DNA from: a virus | DNA length: 64,000 bases | Direction: 5' to 3' (one strand) | Virus record (IMG/VR): IMGVR_UViG_3300027864_000003 | Shown: positions 15,285 to 24,832 of the stretch, piece by piece | How the letters are laid out: each line of letters begins with the position of its first letter | How positions within the stretch are numbered: the stretch's first letter is position 1 | Program-made: the position numbers and the translations under genes | Notes under the pieces: model-generated | The model's database searches: none | Told to the model about the DNA's origin: nothing | What the model saw: only the letters and a program-made list of their open reading frames with translations

Positions 15285-16968
15285 TTTGATAATCGTATCA
15301 AATCGCGCATACGGCGGTGAGGGTGATATAAACATCCTTGCCGAAAGCATAAAGCAGGATGGTCTAATAAATGACATCACTGTAAAACCGTCAAAAACAA
15401 CTGGAAAATATGATGTCGTTGCCGGACGCAGGCGTGTTGGCGCGATGCGTTTGTTAAAGTTGGAAGAAGCGCCATGTAACATTCTCGAAACCGAAGAAGA
15501 AATTGCCAAGGCGGAGGCAATCGCCGGTTCTGAAAATATTAATCGCATGGCAATGCACCCGATAGATGAAGCAATTATTTTCAAAAAGCTTCTCGATAAC
15601 GGCAGTACCATTGAAGAACTTGCAAAACAGTATGACCGTAAAGTGTCAGAAATATGGCAACGCATTCAATTGCTGGATTTGGACGATGGTGTTAAAACTA
15701 TGTTCCGAAACGGAAACTTGTCTCTGCGCTCCGCGGCAATGTTAAGAAGTCTTAATGAAAAAGCGCAAAAGGCGTTCGTCACAGAATTTAAAAATCATTG
15801 GGTAGTAAAAGAAGGCAAACAGATTGACGATGAAGATGTTGAAAGCTTCATTGACGATCTTGATCATGACAGGCTTTACGCTTTCTTGAGAGATGAGCAA
15901 TGTTCAAAATGTAAAACAAGAACGTTCTTCAGTGATAAAACATTGTTCCCGGAACTCGATAACGCAAGCGAGAATTGTTTTAACCATGACTGTTATCAGA
16001 AAAAAATGAGTGCGGTTCTTGACGACAGAATTAAAAGCCTGAATCGCAAATCCCATGCTGATTGTTCGCTGATACTTGTCAATAAATACGGCGGTGATTT
16101 TCAACATCTCGCCGGAAAGGAAATCGAAATCGGCGGCAAGAAATTTAAAGTTCTTGCGCATGAATACGATCATCAAACGAACGCAAGCGACAAAGACGCG
16201 GTTCCTTGTTATTACATCAACATCAATCAGGAAAAACTTGATATCCAACCGCAATATTGGAATGCGAAAAAAGCCTCTTCTTCCTCCTCCTCATCTTCAT
16301 CTGGTAAAAATGCCGGCAGTGCGGAAAAACGCAGAAAGCTCGCGCCCATTGTTAATCTTTTGGATATGCCGGAAGAACAAAAAAAAGAAGCCCTTGAAGC
16401 GATGAATAACAGCAGGAGAATATCTGAATACGGTTTAAAAGAGAACGTTCGGACATCCGCTTTCTGGAGAATCATTGAAGCAAAGGCGCAGGATTTTGGC
16501 GATCCTAAAAAACTGGATCAAACCGCAAAAGAAAGTTTCGTAATAAAACACTTCTCAAAATATCTTAACGGCAGTGACAAAAAGATTTTTGAGCAATTTG
16601 CAGGAAAAATATCTATTGCGGAAATTGCGAAAATGCCGGCAGAAAAGATATTTGCTTTAATCTGCGCTATGGAATTCAGCCCTTATGATATGCCCGATCC
16701 CGGCGAAATGGAAAAAGAAAAATACACTGGCGTAATTAAATGGACTGGGCTTTCCGCAAAGGAATTGAAGGCAATTTATCAGGAAGAAATCCGAAAGCGC
16801 ATTCCAAAAACAAAGCCGGAGCCAAAGAAACCGGCAGAGAATAAACCTGCGAAGCCTGCTCCTGCAACAGCCACCAAAAAGACAACCGCAAAAAAACCTG
16901 TCGCAAAAAAGGCTATAGCGAAAAAAACAACCGCTAAAAAAACAGTGAAGGGGAAAAAAGCGAAATGA
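15256..16968 (+). CDS. ParB/RepB/Spo0J-family protein with histone-like Lys/Ala tail
   Basis: LAESIKQDGLINDITV...VVAGRRRVGA ParB motif, ENINR, HTH; AKK-repeat C-terminus. Confidence 0.85.
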   Translation: MKKAKIKLADLIIVSNRAYGGEGDINILAESIKQDGLINDITVKPSKTTGKYDVVAGRRRVGAMRLLKLEEAPCNILETEEEIAKAEAIAGSENINRMAMHPIDEAIIFKKLLDNGSTIEELAKQYDRKVSEIWQRIQLLDLDDGVKTMFRNGNLSLRSAAMLRSLNEKAQKAFVTEFKNHWVVKEGKQIDDEDVESFIDDLDHDRLYAFLRDEQCSKCKTRTFFSDKTLFPELDNASENCFNHDCYQKKMSAVLDDRIKSLNRKSHADCSLILVNKYGGDFQHLAGKEIEIGGKKFKVLAHEYDHQTNASDKDAVPCYYININQEKLDIQPQYWNAKKASSSSSSSSSGKNAGSAEKRRKLAPIVNLLDMPEEQKKEALEAMNNSRRISEYGLKENVRTSAFWRIIEAKAQDFGDPKKLDQTAKESFVIKHFSKYLNGSDKKIFEQFAGKISIAEIAKMPAEKIFALICAMEFSPYDMPDPGEMEKEKYTGVIKWTGLSAKELKAIYQEEIRKRIPKTKPEPKKPAENKPAKPAPATATKKTTAKKPVAKKAIAKKTTAKKTVKGKKAK

Positions 16969-17156
16969 GCGAAATGAGCGAACAGAACGAACAGAACAAA
17001 TTAAAATCATGTCCGTTTTGCGGCGGAAAGGTTGTGCGTGAAGCGTGGTATGACAGGACCGATGACTTCACTTGCGAGAAATGCGGTGTGAAAGTTTTTT
17101 GGGATGAAAAATTCGATGAAGAAGCAGACGCATTATGGAATAAGAGAGCGACATGA
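16965..17156 (+). CDS. Lar-family restriction-alleviation-like zinc-ribbon protein
   Basis: LKSCPFCGG...CEKCG...ADALWNKRA. Confidence 0.75.
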   Translation: MSEMSEQNEQNKLKSCPFCGGKVVREAWYDRTDDFTCEKCGVKVFWDEKFDEEADALWNKRAT

Positions 17157-17300
17157 GCGAAATAATCTGTCTGAAAATCAAATGCATTGATTATTCGACA
17201 GAGGGCGGAGAGCCGGCATGGTGTAACCAAGTCGGCTGTCCTGCCAATGTCGCGGTTAATAAATGTCCGAAAGTACCGGGCAATAAACAAGGAGCAAAAA

Positions 17301-17585
17301 ATGACAAAGAAAATAATTGAAGTAGCAAGATTTACTGCTAATTATCTCGACAATTGCAATTGCAATGAGGAACGAAAAATAATCGATAACGCCATTGATG
17401 AACTTAAAAAGAGCGTTGAAGGTTTAAAAGAATTAGATTGGAATGTTCTGTTCGCAATCAAAGAGGAAGATCGCGCCGAATTAACAACGCGCCAACAGGC
17501 TGTAATTGAAAGTTATGCGAAATTAAAGCGCGTATTACTTGAAGCGCATAGGGATATTTTCAAAGCAATTAAAGACCTTTTATAA
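17301..17585 (+). CDS. hypothetical protein
   Basis: AAGGAG SD before ATG 17301. Confidence 0.65.
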   Translation: MTKKIIEVARFTANYLDNCNCNEERKIIDNAIDELKKSVEGLKELDWNVLFAIKEEDRAELTTRQQAVIESYAKLKRVLLEAHRDIFKAIKDLL

Positions 17586-17596
17586 GCGGGGAAAAA

Positions 17597-17815
17597 ATGA
17601 AAGCAGGCAAAGTAATAGAAGCCGCTTATGCGACATTTTCGCAATATGGCGATGAAGTTTATGCCAAAACAAAAGCAAACAGTTTTGTTTATCGATGCGG
17701 TGTAAGGGGAAATGATCCAGAACAGGAAGTAAGCACGGAAACGATTAAGAACATTGTATATGCAATGCTTGACGAAGATTCCGAAAAAGTTTTTTGGACG
17801 CATTTGAATAAATAA
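17597..17815 (+). CDS. hypothetical protein
   Basis: GCGGGG SD-like sequence. Confidence 0.65.
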   Translation: MKAGKVIEAAYATFSQYGDEVYAKTKANSFVYRCGVRGNDPEQEVSTETIKNIVYAMLDEDSEKVFWTHLNK

Positions 17816-17830
17816 ATACGGGGGGAATAT

Positions 17831-18634
17831 ATGCCGGTAGGAAGATCGGATTATGAAGAACGCAAAGAAAACAAAATAAATTCGCTTTTAGAAAGATCTG
17901 AAAAATCTTCTAAGGAAGCAACGCAACAAGGAAAAAGAGCGATGTCTCAGCTCGAAGGAATAGTACCCGGACAGCCTATATTGGTAGGACACCATAGCGA
18001 AGGCAAGCATAGAAGAGCGATTGCAAAACATGACGCTGCAATGCACAGGTCATTAAATGCAGGCGAAAAGGCGGCGTCATTGCAAAGACGCGCGGAAGCC
18101 GCTGCTAACAATAACTCAATCAGCAGTGATAATCCCGAAGCAGTAAATCTGTATACGGAAAAACTGAAAAAACTTGAAGCCCTGCAGGAACAAATGAAAG
18201 CGGCAAATCTGTACTGGAGAAAAAATAAAACCATGAAGGGATTCCCCGGGCTTTCCGATGTTAACGCCGCGATGATCGACGAAAAAATGAAAACCGCCTA
18301 TCCCTGGATTCAAAAAAACGGTCCGCATGCGTCATGGGAGTTGAGCAATAACAGCGCAGAGATCCGCAGAATAAAACAAAAACTTGAAACGCTTTCAAAA
18401 CTCGATAACATGGCTGCTGAAATAATTAAATTTAACGGCGGGGAAATGCGCGTAAGCATTGATATTAACCGCGTTCAATTTATTTTTGACGGCAAACCTT
18501 CTGAAGAAATAAGAAAATTTCTCAAAGCAAACGGTTTCCGCTGGGCACCGTCCGAAGGCGCATGGCAAAGGCAACGGACTGAAAACGCTGTAATTATCGC
18601 AAAGAAAATGATTCCGCGATTGGAGAAAGCATGA
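17831..18634 (+). CDS. DUF3560-like protein
   Basis: GQPILVGHHSEGKHRR...SSDNPEA; C-terminal KANGFRWAPSEGAWQRQ. Confidence 0.8.
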   Translation: MPVGRSDYEERKENKINSLLERSEKSSKEATQQGKRAMSQLEGIVPGQPILVGHHSEGKHRRAIAKHDAAMHRSLNAGEKAASLQRRAEAAANNNSISSDNPEAVNLYTEKLKKLEALQEQMKAANLYWRKNKTMKGFPGLSDVNAAMIDEKMKTAYPWIQKNGPHASWELSNNSAEIRRIKQKLETLSKLDNMAAEIIKFNGGEMRVSIDINRVQFIFDGKPSEEIRKFLKANGFRWAPSEGAWQRQRTENAVIIAKKMIPRLEKA

Positions 18635-19044
18635 ATTTAACAGATGCTATCGGAAAAGAATTTCTGATATTTGAAGAAAAACAATATACCCATGATGATT
18701 TTCTTAATATGACATCAGAAGAATTGGCAACCTTCAAGGCAAGAATAAATTTAAAAATCAAAGATGTGGCGGACATCATAAAGAAACGCAGAAAAATAGA
18801 AGATGAAGTATGGCTTAACCGCAGGAAATATACGCATTCATTATACACAAACATGATGCCGTATCTTAACAGTTTAATCAGAGAGCGATACAAACAAGAG
18901 CGAAGCATCAGCGATTTTTTTATGGATGCCGCAAAGGTTATTTTATCGCCGCAAGAATTTGAAATGATACTCAATAACGCTACAGGGGAAATGAGATTGA
19001 GAAGGGAGGGGACTTATGCAAGAGATAACAAAACGGCAGGCTGA
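18631..19044 (+). CDS. hypothetical protein
   Basis: ATGA overlap; SISDFFMDAAKVIL motif. Confidence 0.65.
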   Translation: MNLTDAIGKEFLIFEEKQYTHDDFLNMTSEELATFKARINLKIKDVADIIKKRRKIEDEVWLNRRKYTHSLYTNMMPYLNSLIRERYKQERSISDFFMDAAKVILSPQEFEMILNNATGEMRLRREGTYARDNKTAG

Positions 19045-19249
19045 TTTTTTGGTATACATTGAAAATTTTATTACACAAAAGAAATATTCTCCAACTGTAA
19101 GGGAGATTGCACAGCATTTTATGATAACTCCGAAGGGAGCGCATGACCATTTAACGGCGCTGATTAAAAAAGGTTGTATCACCTGCGAACCAAAAAAATC
19201 CAGAACCATACGGATTACGGCAAAAAAGCAGGGGGTACCAAATGGCTAA
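19016..19249 (+). CDS. LexA N-terminal DNA-binding-domain-only protein
   Basis: ITKRQADFL...YSPTVREIAQHF...AHDHLTALIKKGCI...SRTIRI; no peptidase domain. Confidence 0.85.
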   Translation: MQEITKRQADFLVYIENFITQKKYSPTVREIAQHFMITPKGAHDHLTALIKKGCITCEPKKSRTIRITAKKQGVPNG

Positions 19250-19739
19250 TATCAAAGATATGACAGGGCAAAAATTCGGCAGAATATTAGTAATTTCTTA
19301 TTCTCATATTTCAAATCACGAAGCTATGTGGAATTGTAAATGCGATTGCGGAAAGGAATGGCTTGTATCAGGACATAACTTAAGAGCTGGAAATATTCAA
19401 AGCTGCGGATGTTTACGCAACGAAAATACGGGAAAAAGATTTCTCAAAAAAGGATTATCAACAACACGCTTATACAACATATGGAGAGGAATGCGAAAAA
19501 GATGTAACAACCCAAATGAGAAATCCTATAAGTTTTATGGAGCAAAAGGAATAAAAGTTTGTGAAGAATGGAATGACTTTGAAATCTTTTATGAATGGGC
19601 AATGAACAGCGGTTATACAGATAATTTAACAATCGACCGCAAAGACAATAAAAAAAATTATTGCCCGGAAAATTGTCAATGGCTAACCAGAACTGAAAAT
19701 ACTCGAAAAGCTACTAAAAAAGGAGGTTTAAGACCATGA
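19242..19739 (+). CDS. phage HNH endonuclease-like protein (paralog of 6592-7113)
   Basis: WNCKCDCG...SCGC; KGIKVCEEW...TIDRKDNKKNYCPENCQW. Confidence 0.85.
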   Translation: MANIKDMTGQKFGRILVISYSHISNHEAMWNCKCDCGKEWLVSGHNLRAGNIQSCGCLRNENTGKRFLKKGLSTTRLYNIWRGMRKRCNNPNEKSYKFYGAKGIKVCEEWNDFEIFYEWAMNSGYTDNLTIDRKDNKKNYCPENCQWLTRTENTRKATKKGGLRP

Positions 19740-20092
19740 AAAAAACAGTCAGAAACCTACCTGTAGGTAGAACTGTGAGACGATCCGCTAAAAAAGGTAA
19801 TTCTACACAACCGCCGAAAAAAACACGCTCCACGCCCCGTTATTTTGAAGTCAAAATCCGTATACCGTCAGAAGAATACACCCGGGGGCTGCCCCATTTT
19901 GACGATATAAAATACCTTCCGAAGTTTATTCTCGATGCGTATAGAGAAAGGGTAAACCGCGCGGAAGCGAATAATAAAGCGGCGCGTCTTAAAATGCTCG
20001 CTGGTAACATTGATGTGCTGTTACCAGTGTTAGTGGAAATGCACAATACTGGAAAACTGGCTTTTATAATGCAAAGGAAAGCCAATGATTAA
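19736..20092 (+). CDS. hypothetical basic protein
   Basis: AGGAGG SD, ATGA overlap. Confidence 0.65.
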   Translation: MKKTVRNLPVGRTVRRSAKKGNSTQPPKKTRSTPRYFEVKIRIPSEEYTRGLPHFDDIKYLPKFILDAYRERVNRAEANNKAARLKMLAGNIDVLLPVLVEMHNTGKLAFIMQRKAND

Positions 20093-20966
20093 AAAGCACG
20101 CTGTGTTAATCAAGTACAAATACCTTGATTATATCGAAAACGCCAGGCTCTCTGATGCTGATGCATGGATTTTTTTGAAAGGAATAATCGAATACGACAG
20201 ATCCAAAACAATGCCATGTTATGAGAATAACGTTCTTACGGGGTTGTTTGCCGCTGTTAAACTTGATCTTGATCAAAATAGTGAGAATTACGAAAAGATT
20301 ACGAAAGAGAAAAGCGAGGCGGGAAAAAAGGGCGGCGCTCCCAAAGGAAACCAAAACGCTCGAAAACAATCAAAACAAACAGATGCTTGTTATGCTAGTA
20401 AAAACAAGCAAAACAACCAAAATCAACATGATAGTGGTTGTGATAGTGGTTATGATTCTGATCTTGAATTTGAATCTGATCTTGTCTCCTCTTCTAAAAA
20501 TAAAAGGGTAAAAAAGAGTGATGGCGGTAGTAAGAGTCAACAACCGCCGCAAGAAGTTATTAACATAATTAAAAAAGAGTCCGAGGCTCACGGCTTTTTT
20601 ATTGACACTAAAATTGCAAATCTCTTTTTAAACAGCGGTATTGATCAAACATGGTTTTATCCTCCATTTTCATTTCTGGAATATTGCGCCCAGTTTGTAA
20701 TAAAAAAATATCACGAGAAAGATATTGATGAGTTAAAACCGTTGTATATATCGGCTGCTAAGGGATGGGAAGATCTTCGTGATTCATACCCGAAATGGGA
20801 AAAAGAAGAATTACAAAAAAAGAAACAAGAAGATAATTTTTCTAATTTGCCAAAATGTAAATGCGGAGAACAAACAAATAAAACTTATAATAATTACGCG
20901 CAATGTCCCAAATGTAATCAGTCTTATGAATTTAATTATAAAAAGGCGTTATGGCAAGAAAGTTAA
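20085..20966 (+). CDS. phage replication initiator (DUF6291-like N-terminus)
   Basis: N-terminal helical domain, KSEAGKKGG motif, internal iteron-coded low-complexity segment, C-terminal Zn ribbon. Confidence 0.75.
   Translation: MIKKHAVLIKYKYLDYIENARLSDADAWIFLKGIIEYDRSKTMPCYENNVLTGLFAAVKLDLDQNSENYEKITKEKSEAGKKGGAPKGNQNARKQSKQTDACYASKNKQNNQNQHDSGCDSGYDSDLEFESDLVSSSKNKRVKKSDGGSKSQQPPQEVINIIKKESEAHGFFIDTKIANLFLNSGIDQTWFYPPFSFLEYCAQFVIKKYHEKDIDELKPLYISAAKGWEDLRDSYPKWEKEELQKKKQEDNFSNLPKCKCGEQTNKTYNNYAQCPKCNQSYEFNYKKALWQES
20361..20481. repeat. probable replication-origin iterons
   Basis: Repeated AAAACAA(T/A/G/C)C units, then TGATAGTGGTT x2 and TGA(A/T)TCTGATCTT x2, inside the initiator gene. 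Confidence 0.6.
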
Positions 20967-21018
20967 TTATAAAACAATCTGCTTGTGCAGGTTAAAAAAA
21001 TAATTAGAGGAAAAGAAA

Positions 21019-21297
21019 ATGGCAAAGAACAGTGGTCTTAATTTACATGACATCCTGTTTGAAGAACTGGAGCGGCTTAATGATCTTGATGAAGAGGACA
21101 TTAAGAAAGGGAAATTGAAAAGCGAAATTGATAGAGCAAACGCAATAAATAAAGTTGCATCTCAGATTATTGCTAACGGCAAACTGTCACTTGATGCAAT
21201 TGAAGTTATTGCAAAAGTAAGCGGCAAAGTAAAAATAAATGCGCCGGATATGTTTAAGTACATAGAAGCATTGCCGCCGCCGGGAGCAAAAAAGTAA
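21019..21297 (+). CDS. conserved phage hypothetical protein
   Basis: LHDILFEELERLND...EIDRANAINKVASQII; typical partner of the HNH gene that follows. Confidence 0.75.
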   Translation: MAKNSGLNLHDILFEELERLNDLDEEDIKKGKLKSEIDRANAINKVASQIIANGKLSLDAIEVIAKVSGKVKINAPDMFKYIEALPPPGAKK

Positions 21298-22301
21298 TGC
21301 CTAAAATAATATATACGCCTGAAAAAATAAAGTTTCTTAAATCTATTTATAAAGGGCGTCATATACTCGAAATTACAAAACTCTTTAATAAACAATTTCG
21401 GATACGGCTTTCTCCTGCAAGTATAAAAACAGCGGCAAAAAGACATGGATTAAAAAGCGGATATAGGCATATACCAACGCATAATAAAAAATATTTTGAG
21501 GTACATTTTAACTATCTCAGAAAAATTGTGTCCGGTAGACATTATCACGAAGTATGCAAACTTTTTTATAAAAAATTTGGTTACAAGTTAGATCCAAAAT
21601 GGATGGCATCTCTATGCGCCCAAAATGGAATAACAAACGGTATTGATAGCCGTTTCTTTACGGGGCAGGTTTCACATAATAAAGGCAAGAAGGGTTATTA
21701 TGCGCCCGGAAGCGAGAAAGGTTGGTTTAAGAAAGGTCATGTTTCATCAAACTGGCGCCCTGTTGGATCAGAGCGAATAGATGCTGACGGCTATATATAC
21801 ATAAAAGTATCAGATACTGCAATGCCGGTGCAAAGGCGATGGAAACAAAAACATCTTGTAATCTGGGAAGAATTGAACGGTCCAGTTCCAAAAAGCCATA
21901 ATGTTGTATTTCTCGACAGTAATAAAATGAATCTCTCACCGAATAATTTAATGCTGGTTTCAAGAAAAGTTCATTATGTGATGTGCAGATTGGGCTTGTA
22001 TACAAAAGATAGAGAATTAACCAGAGCAAATATTCTAATGTACTCGATTAAAGGGAAAAATCTTGAATTAAAGAGACAAACCTTAACTGTCATTAAATGC
22101 AAAGAAATAGTTTTCTTGAACTTCGGCGGTTATAAAGTTTATGTGGTTAAAGACGGTAATAAATTTTATCCAGTTAGAGAAACTAAAGACGGTGAAATTA
22201 AAAGACTGAGGTCAATTAAATTAAAACCCAGAGCAACTCGAAAAGAAGCACAACAAGATTTATTCGAGTACGCTCAATTTTACGGATGGCAAAGAATATG
22301 A
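21297..22301 (+). CDS. HNH endonuclease (HNH_3-like) with duplicated N-terminal repeat
   Basis: PVGSERIDADGYIYIKV...KHLVIWEELNGPVPK...VVFLDSNKMN...NL. Confidence 0.85.
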   Translation: MPKIIYTPEKIKFLKSIYKGRHILEITKLFNKQFRIRLSPASIKTAAKRHGLKSGYRHIPTHNKKYFEVHFNYLRKIVSGRHYHEVCKLFYKKFGYKLDPKWMASLCAQNGITNGIDSRFFTGQVSHNKGKKGYYAPGSEKGWFKKGHVSSNWRPVGSERIDADGYIYIKVSDTAMPVQRRWKQKHLVIWEELNGPVPKSHNVVFLDSNKMNLSPNNLMLVSRKVHYVMCRLGLYTKDRELTRANILMYSIKGKNLELKRQTLTVIKCKEIVFLNFGGYKVYVVKDGNKFYPVRETKDGEIKRLRSIKLKPRATRKEAQQDLFEYAQFYGWQRI

Positions 22302-23653
22302 AAAAGAAAACTTATAACGTAGTAGATATGTTCTGTGGCGCGGGCGGTGAGAGTTCCGGCATAATGCAAGCCGCTTTTGAACAGGATATGAAAGTCAATT
22401 TGTTTGCAATAAATCACTGGGAACGTGCAATGGAAACCCATGCTGTAAACCATCCCAGCGCAAATCATATATGCGAATCTGTAGAGCACATCGATCCGAT
22501 AAAAATTATTCGCAAAGGAACGCTTGATCTTCTATGGGCGTCTCCGGAATGTACTCATCATAGTATAGCCCGTGGCGGACGGCCGCGAAGTGAACAGAGC
22601 CGAGCTTCAGCATGGGTGATAATTGATTGGCTTACTAAAATTCATGTAGAACGCGTTATCATTGAAAATGTAAAAGAGTTTGTTTCATGGGGACCGCTAG
22701 ATAAAAACGGAAAGCTGATTAAAAAATTCAAAGGGCAATTTTTCCGCGCTTTTATTTTAGCGATTCAATCATTGGGATATAAAGTTGAATGGCGTATTTT
22801 AAATTGCGCCGATTACGGAGATCCTACTACACGTCAAAGATTATTTATTCAGGCTGCTATCGGCAGAAAAAAAATAATCTGGCCGCAGATAACGCACATG
22901 GACAGAGATAAATGCCAAGCGGGATTTAAGCCATGGGTGTCGGCAAGTGAAATAATAGATTGGGATATACCAGGAGAATCAATTTTTACTCGTGAGCGAC
23001 CGTTAGTTCCTGCAACGATAGACAGGATTGCCGCGGGTATTGAAAGATACTGGGGTGATTATGCGAAACCGTTTCTCGCTGTTTTATACGGCACAAATAA
23101 AATACGTTCTTTGGATCTTCCTTTGTCTACTGTAACCGGGTCCGGAAATCATCATGCGCTGATAACACCGTTAATATTGGGACAGCAATCATGCGCAGCG
23201 GCAAGGTCTACAAAAAAAACTATTCCTACTGTAGCGACATCGGGAGCGATAAGTGTTATACAGCCTTTTATAACAAGGTATCATGGCAAAAAATCAAGTA
23301 ACGAAAATAGAAACCATGAGATTGACAAACCAATTCCGGTAATAGATACATCAAATCGTTATGCGGTAGTAGAACCATTAATCATGGAATACTACGGAAA
23401 TGGAAGAACAAGCCCTGCAAGCAAACCAATAAAAACTATTACCACAAAAGACAGATTTGCACTTATAGAGCATGGAAAAACTTGTTTGGATATAACATTC
23501 CGAATGCTGGAAAGTCATGAGTTAAAACTGGGACAGGGCTTCTGTAAAGATTACATTATCACAGGAAATGTAACCGAACAGAAAAAACAAATCGGTAATG
23601 CTGTTCCCCCGGGAACGGCGAAGGCTTTAGCAAAGGCGGCAATGATCGCATGA
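22286..23653 (+). CDS. C5 cytosine DNA methyltransferase
   Basis: DMFCGAGG, WASPECT, ENV, RQR, KQIGNAVP motifs. Confidence 0.95.
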   Translation: MAKNMKKKTYNVVDMFCGAGGESSGIMQAAFEQDMKVNLFAINHWERAMETHAVNHPSANHICESVEHIDPIKIIRKGTLDLLWASPECTHHSIARGGRPRSEQSRASAWVIIDWLTKIHVERVIIENVKEFVSWGPLDKNGKLIKKFKGQFFRAFILAIQSLGYKVEWRILNCADYGDPTTRQRLFIQAAIGRKKIIWPQITHMDRDKCQAGFKPWVSASEIIDWDIPGESIFTRERPLVPATIDRIAAGIERYWGDYAKPFLAVLYGTNKIRSLDLPLSTVTGSGNHHALITPLILGQQSCAAARSTKKTIPTVATSGAISVIQPFITRYHGKKSSNENRNHEIDKPIPVIDTSNRYAVVEPLIMEYYGNGRTSPASKPIKTITTKDRFALIEHGKTCLDITFRMLESHELKLGQGFCKDYIITGNVTEQKKQIGNAVPPGTAKALAKAAMIA

Positions 23654-23847
23654 GTTATCCTCGGTTGGTTTTAAACAGTAAGGGTAAACTCATTGTCCGT
23701 CAGGACAGAAAGAAAAGAGGAAAGCGATTAAAAGGCGAGGAACGAAATCAGAAAATAATGGAATTACAAGAAAAAATTAACGATGAAAATTATATGAAGA
23801 AAGCAATAGAAGGTATTGCTGATATTTTAACGGAGGTACTTCAGTGA
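23650..23847 (+). CDS. hypothetical protein
   Basis: ATGA overlap. Confidence 0.6.
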   Translation: MSYPRLVLNSKGKLIVRQDRKKRGKRLKGEERNQKIMELQEKINDENYMKKAIEGIADILTEVLQ

Positions 23848-24230
23848 GTAAAAACAAAGATAAAAAAGAAAAAATAAGAATACCAGCCGATGTAGCGAAT
23901 AACTTTCGCAAGCAACTTTATGATACCGCTCTATCTGCTGGTTTGAAAATAATTTCTGACGATAAATGCTGTCAATTACTTGCATGGTTGTATGTTTATG
24001 GTGGAGCGCATGAGCAACCAGTTTTTGATGATAAGTTAAGAGAAATAATATTTTATTCACAAAAGCGATTAAATCTGTTAGGCGGCGAAACACCCAATGC
24101 GGAGTTATGTTTTGTAATGAATGACTATATAAAGTCAGTATCTGATTATTCAAGACCGCCGGAATGGGTTGTCAGCTTAGAAAAAGAATATTGTATTAAA
24201 GCATATGACAGAGAGGGGGAGTACAAATGA
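23844..24230 (+). CDS. hypothetical protein
   Basis: GGAGG SD, GTGA overlap. Confidence 0.7.
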   Translation: MSKNKDKKEKIRIPADVANNFRKQLYDTALSAGLKIISDDKCCQLLAWLYVYGGAHEQPVFDDKLREIIFYSQKRLNLLGGETPNAELCFVMNDYIKSVSDYSRPPEWVVSLEKEYCIKAYDREGEYK

Positions 24231-24832
24231 CATATGGCTATTTAAGAGTAAGCAGAGACACAAGCGATGAGAATAATCAAAAAGTAGGCGTCGATAAAAA
24301 AGCTGAACAGATGGGCTTACAGATAGACGAATATATTATTGATCATGCCGTTTCTGGAAAAAAAGAACCAGAGGAAAGACAGCTCGGTGTATTGTTAAAC
24401 AAATTAAAAAAAGACGATGTTTTAATAGCAAGTGAACTTTCAAGGCTAGGCAGATCGTTATATATGGTTATGCGTATACTTGAATATTGCATGAAAAACG
24501 GCGTTAAAGTTTTGACGGTTAAAGATAATTACGAACTTGGCGATAATATCCAATCAAAAGTATTAGCTTTCGCGTTTTCTCTTGCCGCTGAAATTGAATG
24601 GGAAATGACATCAAGACGAATTAAAGAAGCGTTACAAAAGAAAAAAGCAGAAGGGCAGATTCTTGGTAGAAGAAAAGGGTGTAAATCAGCTCATGTAAAA
24701 TTAACAGGTAAAGAAAAAGAAATAAAAGAATTGATAGAAAAGAAAATAAGCGTAAGCGCAATGGGTAGAATTTTAGGCGTTCACAGGGTTACGGTAGCGT
24801 CTTTTATAAAAAGAGAGGTAATAATAGTATGA
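24227..24832 (+). CDS. small serine recombinase (Mpi-like invertase/resolvase) 1
   Basis: YGYLRVS catalytic Ser, SELSRLGR, KDNYELGDNIQSKVLAFAF, C-terminal HTH. Confidence 0.9.
   Translation: MTYGYLRVSRDTSDENNQKVGVDKKAEQMGLQIDEYIIDHAVSGKKEPEERQLGVLLNKLKKDDVLIASELSRLGRSLYMVMRILEYCMKNGVKVLTVKDNYELGDNIQSKVLAFAFSLAAEIEWEMTSRRIKEALQKKKAEGQILGRRKGCKSAHVKLTGKEKEIKELIEKKISVSAMGRILGVHRVTVASFIKREVIIV

Noticed and set aside
16965-16997. ATGAGCGAA x2 and GAACAGAAC x2 micro-repeats at the Lar-like gene start
   Set aside because: Short slippage duplications with no evident function
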